Source: an uncultured Spirochaetota bacterium
GTDB taxonomy: Bacteria; Spirochaetota; Spirochaetia; SZUA-6; Fen-1364
NCBI GenBank assembly: GCA_963845535.1
Contig: CAWJSK010000002.1
Location: 96,001 to 160,000 of the forward strand
DNA length: 64,000 nucleotides
Reading direction: 5' to 3'
The position numbers were made by a program, and so were the translations under genes. Numbering within the stretch: the first letter of the stretch is position 1; the number at the start of each line of letters is the position of its first letter. Below the pieces are notes generated by a model, which did no database searches, was not told the DNA's origin, and saw only the letters and a list, made by a program, of their open reading frames with translations. Positions 9,385 through 18,797 of this stretch are shown here, in pieces.

Positions 9385-10443
9385 ATGGCAGAAATGACGC
9401 AACGAGTGTTCGGGCGGACCCCGGAGGGGGACGAGATCATCCAGTACGCTCTTCGGGCAGGCCCGGTGACCGTTCAGCTCATCAGCTACGGCGCCACCCT
9501 TTCCTCCGTGCGCATCCCCGACAGGAAAGGGGTGGTGGAGGAAGTCACGCTCGGGTTCGATGATCTGCAGGGATACCTGAACCCTCACCCATACTTCGGC
9601 GCAACGTTGGGGAGAGTGGCCAACAGGATTGCCAAGGGCAAGTTTTCGATTGACGGGAAGACCTATACCCTTTTCTGCAACAATGGCAGGAACCATCTCC
9701 ACGGCGGAAAAAAGGGATTTGACCGGGCCGCGTGGCTGTCTTCGGGCTTCCAGCGCGCCGACGCAGCAGGTGCGGCCGGTGCAGCCGGAGCGGTGTTCTC
9801 CTACGGAAGCCCTGATGGTGAGGAAGGCTACCCGGGCAATCTCGACGCGCGCGTGATCTACACGCTGGATGATTCAGGAACGCTGGAGGTGGTCTGGGAG
9901 GCCAGGACGGACAAGCCCACCATCGTCAACCTTTCCAACCATGCATACTGGAACCTGAAGGGAGCCGGCAGCGGCGACATCAAGGGCCAGGTGTTGACGC
10001 TGGAAGCGGAACGCTACGTGCCCTCGGATGACGAGCTGATCCCAACGGGGGAAATTCGTGACGTTGCCGGCACGCCTTACGACTTTCGAAAAGCAAAGCC
10101 GATCGGCAAGGAGCTCGGGAAGGCCTCGGACATCGGCTATGACGCGTGCTTCGTGCTCGGGCAGCCCGTGAACGGCTGGCGCCGGGTGGGGAGAGCGGTT
10201 GATCCTTTGTCGGGCAGAGGGCTCGAGATGTTCGCCACGCAGCCAGGGGTGCATTTTTATTCCGGCGGGCATCTGCATTCCATGAAGGGACGCGGCGGAA
10301 AGCAGTTCGACACCTTCGGGGCATTTGCCCTGGAGACGGAGGCTTTCCCAGACGCCATCAACCAGAAGGGATTCCCCAACGTCATCCTCCGCCCGGGAGA
10401 GACGTACACGGAGAAGATGAAGATCCGATTCTTTGCGGAATAA
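9385..10443 (+). CDS. galM: Aldose 1-epimerase (mutarotase)
   Basis: GRVANRI, HLHGG, GYPG, NLSNHAYWNL, GYD and ALETE motifs. Confidence 0.93.
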   Translation: MAEMTQRVFGRTPEGDEIIQYALRAGPVTVQLISYGATLSSVRIPDRKGVVEEVTLGFDDLQGYLNPHPYFGATLGRVANRIAKGKFSIDGKTYTLFCNNGRNHLHGGKKGFDRAAWLSSGFQRADAAGAAGAAGAVFSYGSPDGEEGYPGNLDARVIYTLDDSGTLEVVWEARTDKPTIVNLSNHAYWNLKGAGSGDIKGQVLTLEAERYVPSDDELIPTGEIRDVAGTPYDFRKAKPIGKELGKASDIGYDACFVLGQPVNGWRRVGRAVDPLSGRGLEMFATQPGVHFYSGGHLHSMKGRGGKQFDTFGAFALETEAFPDAINQKGFPNVILRPGETYTEKMKIRFFAE

Positions 10444-10517
10444 CGGAGCGCCTTGCCCTCGGGGACCGCGGCGCGCCGGGCTTGCCTCGATTCGCAAAAA
10501 CACGCTACCGTGCCCTT

Positions 10518-11639
10518 ATGCAGCTGCCGCCTTTCACTCTCGAACGGTACTTTTCCGAATTCGAGTTCAGCGTCGAGCTGAACCTTTGCGCTTCTGATTG
10601 CGAGTCCATGAGCGTCAAAGAGCTTCTGGCCATGGAGCCCGGCGCCGAAGAGCGGTTCCTCGGGCTGCGCCTGGGATATACGGAGACGCAGGGGAGCCCG
10701 ACGCTGCGCGAACAAGTGAGCGGCCTGTATTCTTCCACCGGTCCGCAGAGCATCCTCATCCACAACGGCGCGGAGGAGGGGATATTCCTCTTCATGGCGG
10801 CCATGCTTGATCGGGGAGACCACCTGATTGTCCATTGCCCCTGCTACCAGTCCCTCCATGAAATTGCGCGCGTGATTGGCTGCCGCCTGACTCCGTGGAA
10901 CGCCCGGGAGGAGGAGGGTTGGGCCCTGGATCCGAAAGAGCTCGAGCGGCACATCAGGCATGACACGCGCGTCATTGTCATCAACACGCCGCACAACCCG
11001 ACCGGCTACCACATGCCGCACGATGTGTTCCGGGAAGTGATGGAGATTGCCGACAAGCATGGGATCATCGTCTTTTCTGATGAGGTCTACCGCGGGCTCG
11101 AGTATGATGAGGCGCAGCGCCTCCCCGCGGCCTGCGACTCAAGCGACCGCGCCGTCTCTCTTGGCGTGATGTCGAAGGCGTATGGCCTGGGCGGGCTTCG
11201 CATTGGCTGGATTGCGACGAAGAACGCGGAGGTGATGTCCCGGATCCAGGGTGTCAAGGACTACACCACCATTTGCGCGAGCGCTCCGGGAGAGTTCCTG
11301 GCAGAGGTCGCGCTGCGACACGGGAGCCAGCTCGTGGGGCGCAGCAAGGGCATCATTTCCGAGAACCTGCGGCTCCTGACGCCGTTTTTCGCCCGGCACG
11401 CGGAACGCTTCGAATGGCGCGCTCCCATGGCCGGTCCAATCGCTTTCCCGAGGCTCATCGGCGGAGAGGCGGGCAACTTCTGCGCTACGCTGGCCAGGAA
11501 GAGCGGCGTCCTGCTCCTGCCGGGCTCCGTTTACGACGACAGCGGGAATCACTTCCGCATTGGGTTCGGCCGCAGGAACATGCCCGAGGCCATGGCCCGG
11601 CTGGACGCGTTTCTCCAACGGGAAACCGTGGTAGCCTAG
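10518..11639 (+). CDS. PLP-dependent aminotransferase class I/II
   Basis: NTPHNPTG, SDEVY and SKAYGLGGLRIGW motifs. Confidence 0.92.
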   Translation: MQLPPFTLERYFSEFEFSVELNLCASDCESMSVKELLAMEPGAEERFLGLRLGYTETQGSPTLREQVSGLYSSTGPQSILIHNGAEEGIFLFMAAMLDRGDHLIVHCPCYQSLHEIARVIGCRLTPWNAREEEGWALDPKELERHIRHDTRVIVINTPHNPTGYHMPHDVFREVMEIADKHGIIVFSDEVYRGLEYDEAQRLPAACDSSDRAVSLGVMSKAYGLGGLRIGWIATKNAEVMSRIQGVKDYTTICASAPGEFLAEVALRHGSQLVGRSKGIISENLRLLTPFFARHAERFEWRAPMAGPIAFPRLIGGEAGNFCATLARKSGVLLLPGSVYDDSGNHFRIGFGRRNMPEAMARLDAFLQRETVVA

Positions 11640-12940
11640 GAGCCGTTCCGCATCTGCTGCGCTTTCGACGGTCTGACAAAAAGGATGAAAAGGACGGAAC
11701 CGACGAACCGTCCCACCCCGCTCACAATAAATGCCGCATGGTAGCCCACGGTGGCAATCAGGAGGCCGCCGACCAGGGGCCCGATGACGGCGCTTGCCGA
11801 GACCGCGCTCTGGTATAACGCAACACCTGCCTCCCGTTCCTCCAAAGGGCTCAGCTCCAGGAGCATGTTGAAGCTGGCAAGGTTGTACCCTGCCCACAGG
11901 ATGCCCGAAGCCGTGTTGATGATGTAGACGTGGTACGGCACGCGCGCAAGCACCCAGCAGAGGGGGAGGATCGGGATCAGGACCCCGGTAAGGATCAGTA
12001 TCGCCCTGTTGCCCCGCCGGTCGCTCAAGCTTCCGAAAAGCGCCTGGCCCGCGAGCCCCGTCAATGCTGAGACACCGGTGGCAATCCCGACCTCGGCGGA
12101 CGTCCCGTGGAGCCCGGTGACGAGGTACACGTTGAAGAAAGGCGATGCAACGTTGAGGGAGAACCCCCAGACGAAGCTGCTGGCGGCCAGCCACGTAAAG
12201 GCGGGGTTGCGCTTCAGCAGGTCCAGAACGTTTCGCGTGCGCTTTCGGATCCTGGCCGGCACGCTGATGGGCGGCTCGGGGATCCGTGAAAAGGAATAGG
12301 TGGACAGCATTCCGCAAACGAAGGCGAGGAGAAGCGTTGCCTGGTAGCCCAGGAAATCATGCGATGTCCGGGTATTGACCGTCCGTACGATCCAGCCCGC
12401 CAGCGGGGAGATGACGAGGGCAACGGCTCCCATTGCCGCGTTGCGGCTGGCAAAGTACCTGCCGCGGGATTCCGCGGGGACGAGGTCCGCTGCCATGGAT
12501 GCCCAGGGCGGATTGCATAGGCTTCCGAACATGAGGCTGAGAGCGTTCGCGGCGATGATCAGGAAGACGAGGAGCGCTCCGTGGCCCGTGAGGAAAGGGA
12601 CGAGCGCGAGAAGCAGGATCATGAGACGGCTCGCGCCGCCGCCGGCCGCCACGACGAACGGCTTTCGTTGCCGCAGCCGCCACGCTATCCCCGCCCCGGA
12701 AAGGTATCCGCCGATGCTCACGAGGTTTGCCACTGCGGCGAGCACCCCGATACCCCCCGCGGAGGCACCGGCGGCAAGCGCGAAAAGCGGGATGTAGTCC
12801 GTGGAGCTCGAGGCCTGGGCCTGGCTGAAAGCTCCGTCCATCCAGAACCATTTCAGACCGGCAAGGCGGCGGCGGCCGAACGGTCCGCAGACTCGGTCTA
12901 TGTGGCGTGCCAGGGGGCGCAAGCTCAAGATTGGGGGCAC
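11636..12940 (-). CDS. MFS transporter
   Basis: About 12 hydrophobic segments, with the motif-A-like GSLSDRRGNR and RGRYFA. Confidence 0.85.
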   Translation of the reverse strand: MPPILSLRPLARHIDRVCGPFGRRRLAGLKWFWMDGAFSQAQASSSTDYIPLFALAAGASAGGIGVLAAVANLVSIGGYLSGAGIAWRLRQRKPFVVAAGGGASRLMILLLALVPFLTGHGALLVFLIIAANALSLMFGSLCNPPWASMAADLVPAESRGRYFASRNAAMGAVALVISPLAGWIVRTVNTRTSHDFLGYQATLLLAFVCGMLSTYSFSRIPEPPISVPARIRKRTRNVLDLLKRNPAFTWLAASSFVWGFSLNVASPFFNVYLVTGLHGTSAEVGIATGVSALTGLAGQALFGSLSDRRGNRAILILTGVLIPILPLCWVLARVPYHVYIINTASGILWAGYNLASFNMLLELSPLEEREAGVALYQSAVSASAVIGPLVGGLLIATVGYHAAFIVSGVGRFVGSVLFILFVRPSKAQQMRNGS

Positions 12941-13030
12941 CAGTCAACAATATCAAAAATTCGCTGTTTGTTGGAGGGTCGCGCGGGTGACGGTTTTCCG
13001 CTATACTGTAGGCAAGAAACGCGAGGAAGA

Positions 13031-14527
13031 ATGTCTCCAAGGATCAATGTCGTCGACATCCAGAGGGCAGCCCGCAACTCAATCCCTCTCGTGTTCAGGC
13101 TCACGAGCCTGCCGCCGACGCTGTTCCCGCTCATCGACCGCATCCTCGAGATGTTCCTGGCGGAGTTGGGGCAGGAGAAGCTGTTGGAACCCCTGTCGTT
13201 CTGTCTCAAGGAGCTGATCTCCAACGCCCAGAAGGCGAATGCCAAGCGGATCTATTTCCAGGAGCGTGGCCTGCAGATCTCACGCCGGGAGGATTACGAG
13301 CGGGGGATGAAGGACTTCATCACGGAGCTGTCCGTGAACCTGGATCATTTCATCGACCAGCTCAAGGAGCGGCGCCTCTCCATCGACGTTGCGCTCCACG
13401 CAACCGCGGAGGCGCTCACCGTCTCGGTGAGGAACGACGCGGAGCTGGCTCCCGATGAGCGCAGGCGCATCGACGAGCGGATCCTCCGTTCGCGGGGGCT
13501 CCATTCGTTCTTCGAGGCGCTGGAGACTTCCGTTGACAGCACCGAAGGCGCCGGGCTCGGGATCATGATTCTCCTTCAGTTCCTGAAAAGGATCGGCCTT
13601 GGAGAGAAAGCGCTTTCCATCCGCACGGAAAAGGGCGGTACGGTGTCATCCATCGTCATCCCGATCTCGAACGTCCACCTCGACCAGATCAGGCTCCTCA
13701 CCGAGGTGCTCGTCCGCGACATCGAGCTCCTGCCCCACTTTCCTGAGAACATCTCGGAGCTGATCAAGCTCACCGAGGAAGATCAAAAGGCGGGCGTCAC
13801 CGAGGTGGCGGAGCGCATCTCGCGTGATCCGACTCTCACCGCCGAGCTTCTGCGCCACGTGAACTCCGCCTACTACGGGCTTCCCTCGCGGACCAACAGC
13901 ATCCTCCAGGCGGTGAAATACGTGGGAATGAGGAGCCTGCACCACCTCCTGTACTCCTTCGGTTTTCAGCGGGTGTTCGGCAGTCACCATGGGATGAAGG
14001 AGCTCTGGGAGCATTCCTTCCGCGTGGCTTCCTACGCGGGCATGTTGGCGCGCGAGGTCGCCAACCGGCGGGAGATCCTGGACGACGTGTACGTGGCGGG
14101 CATCCTCCATGACCTGGGGCTCATTGTCGTTCGCACCCTGCATCCTCGGACGCAGGAGAAAATGCGCCGGTTTTCCATGGAGAAGCACATTCCCGCGAGC
14201 CTTCTTGAGAAATTTTCCTTCGGCTTGAACCATGCCGACATCGGCGCCCTCATAGCGCAGAAGTGGAGCTTCCCCGACGTGCTCGTTGAAGGCATCAGGT
14301 ACCATCATGATCCGCTCCTTGCAAGCCGGCGCTGCAAGGAGGTCGTCTCGTGCGTGTACCTGGCAAACGCCGTAACCGACCTGGAACGCGGCATGATCTC
14401 CTACGAACAGCTTTCGAAGCCGGTCCTCGGAGAGTTCGGGATCAGGACCAGCGCGCAGCTCATCGAGATCGGGAGCATGCTGAAAAATGAGTTTGAAAAG
14501 CTGATGACGGAGCCGCTCAAGAAGTGA
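13031..14527 (+). CDS. HDOD-domain signalling protein with an N-terminal GHKL/anti-sigma-kinase-like domain
   Basis: GAGG RBS. ELISNAQKA and GAGLG boxes; HDOD motifs DPTLTAELLRHVNSAYYG, GILHDLG, HADIGALIAQKW and YHH. Confidence 0.85.
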   Translation: MSPRINVVDIQRAARNSIPLVFRLTSLPPTLFPLIDRILEMFLAELGQEKLLEPLSFCLKELISNAQKANAKRIYFQERGLQISRREDYERGMKDFITELSVNLDHFIDQLKERRLSIDVALHATAEALTVSVRNDAELAPDERRRIDERILRSRGLHSFFEALETSVDSTEGAGLGIMILLQFLKRIGLGEKALSIRTEKGGTVSSIVIPISNVHLDQIRLLTEVLVRDIELLPHFPENISELIKLTEEDQKAGVTEVAERISRDPTLTAELLRHVNSAYYGLPSRTNSILQAVKYVGMRSLHHLLYSFGFQRVFGSHHGMKELWEHSFRVASYAGMLAREVANRREILDDVYVAGILHDLGLIVVRTLHPRTQEKMRRFSMEKHIPASLLEKFSFGLNHADIGALIAQKWSFPDVLVEGIRYHHDPLLASRRCKEVVSCVYLANAVTDLERGMISYEQLSKPVLGEFGIRTSAQLIEIGSMLKNEFEKLMTEPLKK

Positions 14528-14532
14528 GTCAT

Positions 14533-14555
14533 TGGTATCCACCTTCTGGATACCA
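14533..14555. promoter_or_regulatory. Perfect palindrome TGGTATCCA-N5-TGGATACCA, candidate enhancer (UAS)
   Basis: 9-bp perfect inverted repeat about 100-125 bp upstream of a sigma54 site, with no U-tract. Confidence 0.55.
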
Positions 14556-14657
14556 TGGGATACAGCCCAGAGAAATTTACCTGCCAAAGGTTTCAGGAAA
14601 CGCTTCTAATTTATTATCTGGTAGATACTTCTGCCAATTATTTTCGGAACTGGTTAC

Positions 14658-14673
14658 TGGCATGCGGTTTGCA
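14658..14673 (+). promoter_or_regulatory. sigma54 (RpoN) -24/-12 promoter
   Basis: TGGCATGCGGTTTGCA matches GG-N10-GC and the TGGCA..TTGC consensus. It lies 50 nt before the binding-protein start. Confidence 0.8.
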
Positions 14674-14722
14674 TCAAGAGACCCGGTTGTCAACCACTCT
14701 CTCAACAAAACAGGAGGTTCGT

Positions 14723-15721
14723 ATGAAGAGATCTCTCATCATCGCTCTCGCTGTGGCGCTTGCCGTTTTCATGGTGGCGCCTGTCTTTGCCGGCGGCCAG
14801 AAAGAAGGCGGGGCCAACAAGACGATCACCATCGGCTTCATGCCCGGCGTCGCTGATCCGTTCTATTACACCATGGAGCGCGGGATCAGGGCAAAGGCAA
14901 AAGAGCTCGGCGTAAATGTCGTCGTGGGCGACTACCCCGCCACATGGGGTCCCGAGGTTCAGACACCGAACCTTCAGGCGCTGATGGCAAAGGGCGGCAT
15001 CGACATCCTTCTCATTGCCCCCACCTCTACCACGGCCCTCGTGGCGCCTCTGAAAGCCATCAGTGACAAGGGCATTCCTGTCATCACCGTCGACACGTAC
15101 CTGGGTGACGGCGACTACTCCAAGCCCAGCGACTACAGCTTCCCGCTGGCATACATCGGCACGGACAACAAACTGGGCGGCAAGCAAGTGGCCGAGCACC
15201 TGGCCAAGCTCATTGGTGAGAAGGGCAAAGTCTACGTGGTGAACACGAACCCCGACACCTCCTCCGTCATTGACCGCGGAAACGGCTTTAAGGAAGGCAT
15301 TGCGGAGTTCCCCAACATCCAGCTGGTCGGCATGGACTACTGCCTTGACAACCAGCAGAAGGCCATGGAGCTCACCACGGCGGCGCTGCAGAAGAACCCC
15401 GACATCGTGGGCATCTTCGGCGTAAACGTGTTCAGCGCCCAGGGCGCGGCCCAGGCCGTGAAGAACGCCGGGCTCGCGGGCGCCGTGAAAGTGGCATCGT
15501 GGGACGCCACCCAGACGCTCATCGACTCCTTGAAGGCGGGGGACATCGACCTCGTCCTCGCTCAGCTCCCCGCTGAAATCGGCTCCCTCGGCGTGGATAC
15601 GGCGTACAAGTACCTCACCGCAAAGACCATGCCTCCCAAGAAGATCATCCCCGGGTTCCAGTTCTTCACAAAGGACAACGTGAACAACCCGGACATGCAG
15701 CAGTACATCTACTCGAAGTAA
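14723..15721 (+). CDS. Sugar ABC transporter substrate-binding protein
   Basis: AGGAGG RBS, signal peptide ending FAGGQKE, and GIPVITVD and IGTDN motifs. Confidence 0.92.
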   Translation: MKRSLIIALAVALAVFMVAPVFAGGQKEGGANKTITIGFMPGVADPFYYTMERGIRAKAKELGVNVVVGDYPATWGPEVQTPNLQALMAKGGIDILLIAPTSTTALVAPLKAISDKGIPVITVDTYLGDGDYSKPSDYSFPLAYIGTDNKLGGKQVAEHLAKLIGEKGKVYVVNTNPDTSSVIDRGNGFKEGIAEFPNIQLVGMDYCLDNQQKAMELTTAALQKNPDIVGIFGVNVFSAQGAAQAVKNAGLAGAVKVASWDATQTLIDSLKAGDIDLVLAQLPAEIGSLGVDTAYKYLTAKTMPPKKIIPGFQFFTKDNVNNPDMQQYIYSK

Positions 15722-15734
15722 GCACCTTTCACGC

Positions 15735-15762
15735 GGGGCCGGCGTCATGAGACGCCGGCCCC
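15735..15762 (+). terminator. 12-bp stem-loop between binding protein and permease (partial terminator or mRNA stabiliser)
   Basis: GGGGCCGGCGTC-ATGA-GACGCCGGCCCC. Confidence 0.7.
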
Positions 15763-15841
15763 TCTCATTCTCTCTCGGCGTCGTTGATTGCAGTCGCGCT
15801 CGCAGTGTACTATTCAGCCGCTACCAAAGGGGTGATCTGCC

Positions 15842-16927
15842 ATGGGAGACAGGGCTCGCGGAATGAACAGAGGGAAGGCGCCGGCACCCGCGGTATCCGT
15901 TCTGGGCCGTAACTGGGCTTTCTTTTTCCTCCTGCTCACCCTGGTGGTGTTCTCCTTCACGGGGAAGAACTTCTTTGCCCTCAACAATTTCCAGAACATT
16001 GTCCACCTCGCCACAACCGCGCTGCTCCTGGCCTGCGCGGAAACCTTCGTCATCATCACGGGCGGGATAGATCTTTCCGTTGGCTTCGTGCTGGGGCTCT
16101 CGGCAGTGTCTTCCTCCAGCACCATGCAGGTCCTCTACGCCGCGCACTGGTCCGCGGCCGCCAGCATCCTGACCGGCATCGGCGTGGGGCTCGCTTCGAG
16201 CCTTGCATGCGGCCTTGCTGCGGGCGTCCTCATTGCGCGCTACCGCGTCCCGCCCTTCATTGCCACCCTGGGGACCCAGGGCATTGCCATCGGCGTGACC
16301 TACCACATCTGCGGAGGGTTCCCGGTGTGGTATCTCCCGCCCGGCCTGACGGACATCGGCAACGCATACCTCCTGTACATCCACCCCGGCACGGGAGCCT
16401 GGAGCTTCTTCTCCCGTCCCGCCGGCATTGCGGCTTCCCAGATCAAGGAGCTCGTACGGGTCTTCCCCGTCTCCTTCTTTCTCATCATCGTGTTCGTCGT
16501 CCTGCTTTGGCACCTGTTGAAAAACACGAGGTTCGGCCAGCACACGTACGCCATCGGCGGCAGCATGGACGCCTCCGTCCGCGCCGGCATCAACACGAGT
16601 CGCCACCTCATCCTCATCTACGTGCTTTCCGCCTTCCTGGCGGGAGTTGCCGGGATTGTGGACCTGTTCCAGTCCGGCACCGGCAACTTCACCACCTTCG
16701 GCGCGCAGCTTGAGCTGTTCGCCATCGCGGCGGTGATCATTGGCGGGGCAAGCCTCATGGGCGGCAAGGGGCGGGTGCTCGCGTCCGTGGTCGGAGTGCT
16801 GCTGCTGAAGGTGCTGGAGAACGGCTTGAACCTCTCTGGCGTGGAGCCATTCTACCGCTATATAGCGGTCGGTTTGATCCTGATCGTGGCGGTCGTCATC
16901 GACCAGCTCTTCCCGGATCTCTTCTAG
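15842..16927 (+). CDS. Sugar ABC transporter permease (RbsC-like)
   Basis: ITGGIDLSVG, PPFIATLG, TRFGQHTYAIGG and IAAVIIGGASL motifs. Confidence 0.92.
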   Translation: MGDRARGMNRGKAPAPAVSVLGRNWAFFFLLLTLVVFSFTGKNFFALNNFQNIVHLATTALLLACAETFVIITGGIDLSVGFVLGLSAVSSSSTMQVLYAAHWSAAASILTGIGVGLASSLACGLAAGVLIARYRVPPFIATLGTQGIAIGVTYHICGGFPVWYLPPGLTDIGNAYLLYIHPGTGAWSFFSRPAGIAASQIKELVRVFPVSFFLIIVFVVLLWHLLKNTRFGQHTYAIGGSMDASVRAGINTSRHLILIYVLSAFLAGVAGIVDLFQSGTGNFTTFGAQLELFAIAAVIIGGASLMGGKGRVLASVVGVLLLKVLENGLNLSGVEPFYRYIAVGLILIVAVVIDQLFPDLF

Positions 16928-16946
16928 GCGGAAAGGAGCAGAGGCA

Positions 16947-17999
16947 GTGACGAAGCAGGCAAGGCTCACATCCTTCATCGGTCAGCGTTGGGCGGTGGCT
17001 TTCCTCGTCATCGAGCTGGTTTTCTTCAGCTCCCTCGCGCACGGTTTCTTTGCCCTCAACGGCGTACAGATCGTCCTGTTTTACAGCACCACGCTTGCGC
17101 TCCTGGCCACGGCGGAGACGCTGGTCATTGTAACGGGCGGGATCGACCTCTCCGTCGGTTTCGTGATGGGATTCGCCTCGGTTGTCTCGGCAAAGCTCGC
17201 CGGCGGATTCACGGATCGGGGCCTTCCGCCGGAGATGGCCCTCCTCCTGGCAATCCTCATCACCCTCGCGATCGGCCTTGCCCCCGGGCTTGTCAACGGG
17301 CTTCTCGTGGCGCGCCTGAAAGTGCCGCCCTTCCTTGCGACTTTCGCCGTCCAGGGTATTACCTACGGCATTTCGCTTCTCCTCACCGGGGGGTCCGCCG
17401 CCGTCAACGTCCCCAACCTGGCCAACATGATAGGAAACGGATACTTCCTTTATATAGTGCCGGGGCACGGAGTTTCGTTTTTCACCGCGCCACGGGTTAT
17501 TGCCGGCACGACGGTGATCGATTTCATTCCCACCATGGTCGTCGTAACGGTTGTATTTGTCGCCGTGGCGGCTTTCCTCTTGAAGAGGACGAAGTTCGGA
17601 CGGCATACCTACGCCATTGGCGGGAACATCGACGCGGCCGTCAGGGCGGGCATCAACGCAAACCGCCATCTCGTGGTCATTTACGTCCTTTCCTCCTTCC
17701 TGGCAACGCTTTCGGGCATCATCTACATGATGGAATACGTCTCGGGCAAATCAGATGCGGGCTCCTCCTTCATGCTGGACTCGATTGTCGCCGTGGTCAT
17801 TGGCGGGGCGAGCCTCTTCGGCGGCGTCGGGACGGTCTGGAGGTCAATCCTGGGGGTGCTGATCCTGTCCGTCCTGGAAATGGGGCTGAAGATCATGGGT
17901 GTGCAGACCTTCGACAAGTACATCGCCGTCGGAGTCATCCTGATATTCGCCGTTCTGATCGACCAGTTCTTTCCCGAGCTGATTCACAAGGAGGACTAG
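16947..17999 (+). CDS. Second sugar ABC transporter permease
   Basis: TGGIDLSVG, TKFGRHTYAIGGN and VAVVIGGASL motifs. Confidence 0.92.
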   Translation: MTKQARLTSFIGQRWAVAFLVIELVFFSSLAHGFFALNGVQIVLFYSTTLALLATAETLVIVTGGIDLSVGFVMGFASVVSAKLAGGFTDRGLPPEMALLLAILITLAIGLAPGLVNGLLVARLKVPPFLATFAVQGITYGISLLLTGGSAAVNVPNLANMIGNGYFLYIVPGHGVSFFTAPRVIAGTTVIDFIPTMVVVTVVFVAVAAFLLKRTKFGRHTYAIGGNIDAAVRAGINANRHLVVIYVLSSFLATLSGIIYMMEYVSGKSDAGSSFMLDSIVAVVIGGASLFGGVGTVWRSILGVLILSVLEMGLKIMGVQTFDKYIAVGVILIFAVLIDQFFPELIHKED

Positions 18000-18003
18000 C
18001 CAG

Positions 18004-18773
18004 ATGGGGTACTTGCTTGAAGTCAGGAACATAACGAAGCGCTTCGGAGGCCTGGTGGCCGTCAACAACGTGAGCTTGGGGGTGAACGCGGGGGAGGTGG
18101 TTGGCCTCCTGGGAGACAACGGAGCGGGGAAGTCGACTCTCATCAAGGTGATCTCCGGAGTGTACCCGGCGGACGAAGGGATCATCCTTTTCCAGGGAGA
18201 AGAAGTGCACATTGCCAGCCCCATGGACGCGCTCGGGATGGGGATCGAAACGATCTACCAGGACCTCGCGCTTGCGGAAAACCTCAATACCCCGTCGAAC
18301 ATTTTCCTGGGGCGGGAGAAGATGAAGAAGATCCTGGGGTTTCTCAACGTCCTGGACCACGAGTACATGCAGCAGGAGAGCCGCAAGATCCTGGAAAAGC
18401 TGGACATCCTGATCCCTTCCCTGAGAAACCGCATCCGGGCGCTCTCCGGCGGCCAGCGCCAGGCCGTGGCCATCTCCCGCTCCATCTACTGGGACGCGAA
18501 GTTCCTCATCATGGATGAGCCCACGGCGGCCCTCGGTGTTGCCGAACAGAAGAAGGTCATAGATACGATCAACCGCCTGAAGTCCCACGGCATAGGGATC
18601 GTGGTGATCAGCCACCAGATGCACGACGTGTTCCAGGTGGCGGACCGGCTGATCATCATGCGCCGGGGGAAAAGGTCGCGGAGCGGGTCACCCGGGAGAC
18701 CAACGCTGATGAAGTGGTGAGCCTCATCGTGGGCGCTGAGACCGTCGAGCAGGGCCGGGCCGCGACACCCTGA
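18004..18773 (+). CDS. Sugar ABC transporter ATP-binding protein (frameshift in the GGGGGAAAA run near 18665-18674)
   Basis: GDNGAGKST, LSGGQRQ and MDEPT motifs. The alternative frame supplies the typical C-terminus KVAERVTRETNADEVVSLIVG, ending at TGA 18771-18773. Confidence 0.9.
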
Positions 18774-18797
18774 GTCGAAGGCCATGAGCAGAGGGCC

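Noticed and set aside
14594..14609. LacI/cre-like site GGAAACGCTTCT
   Set aside because: A single imperfect short match with no LacI gene in the window; the sigma54 architecture explains the region better.
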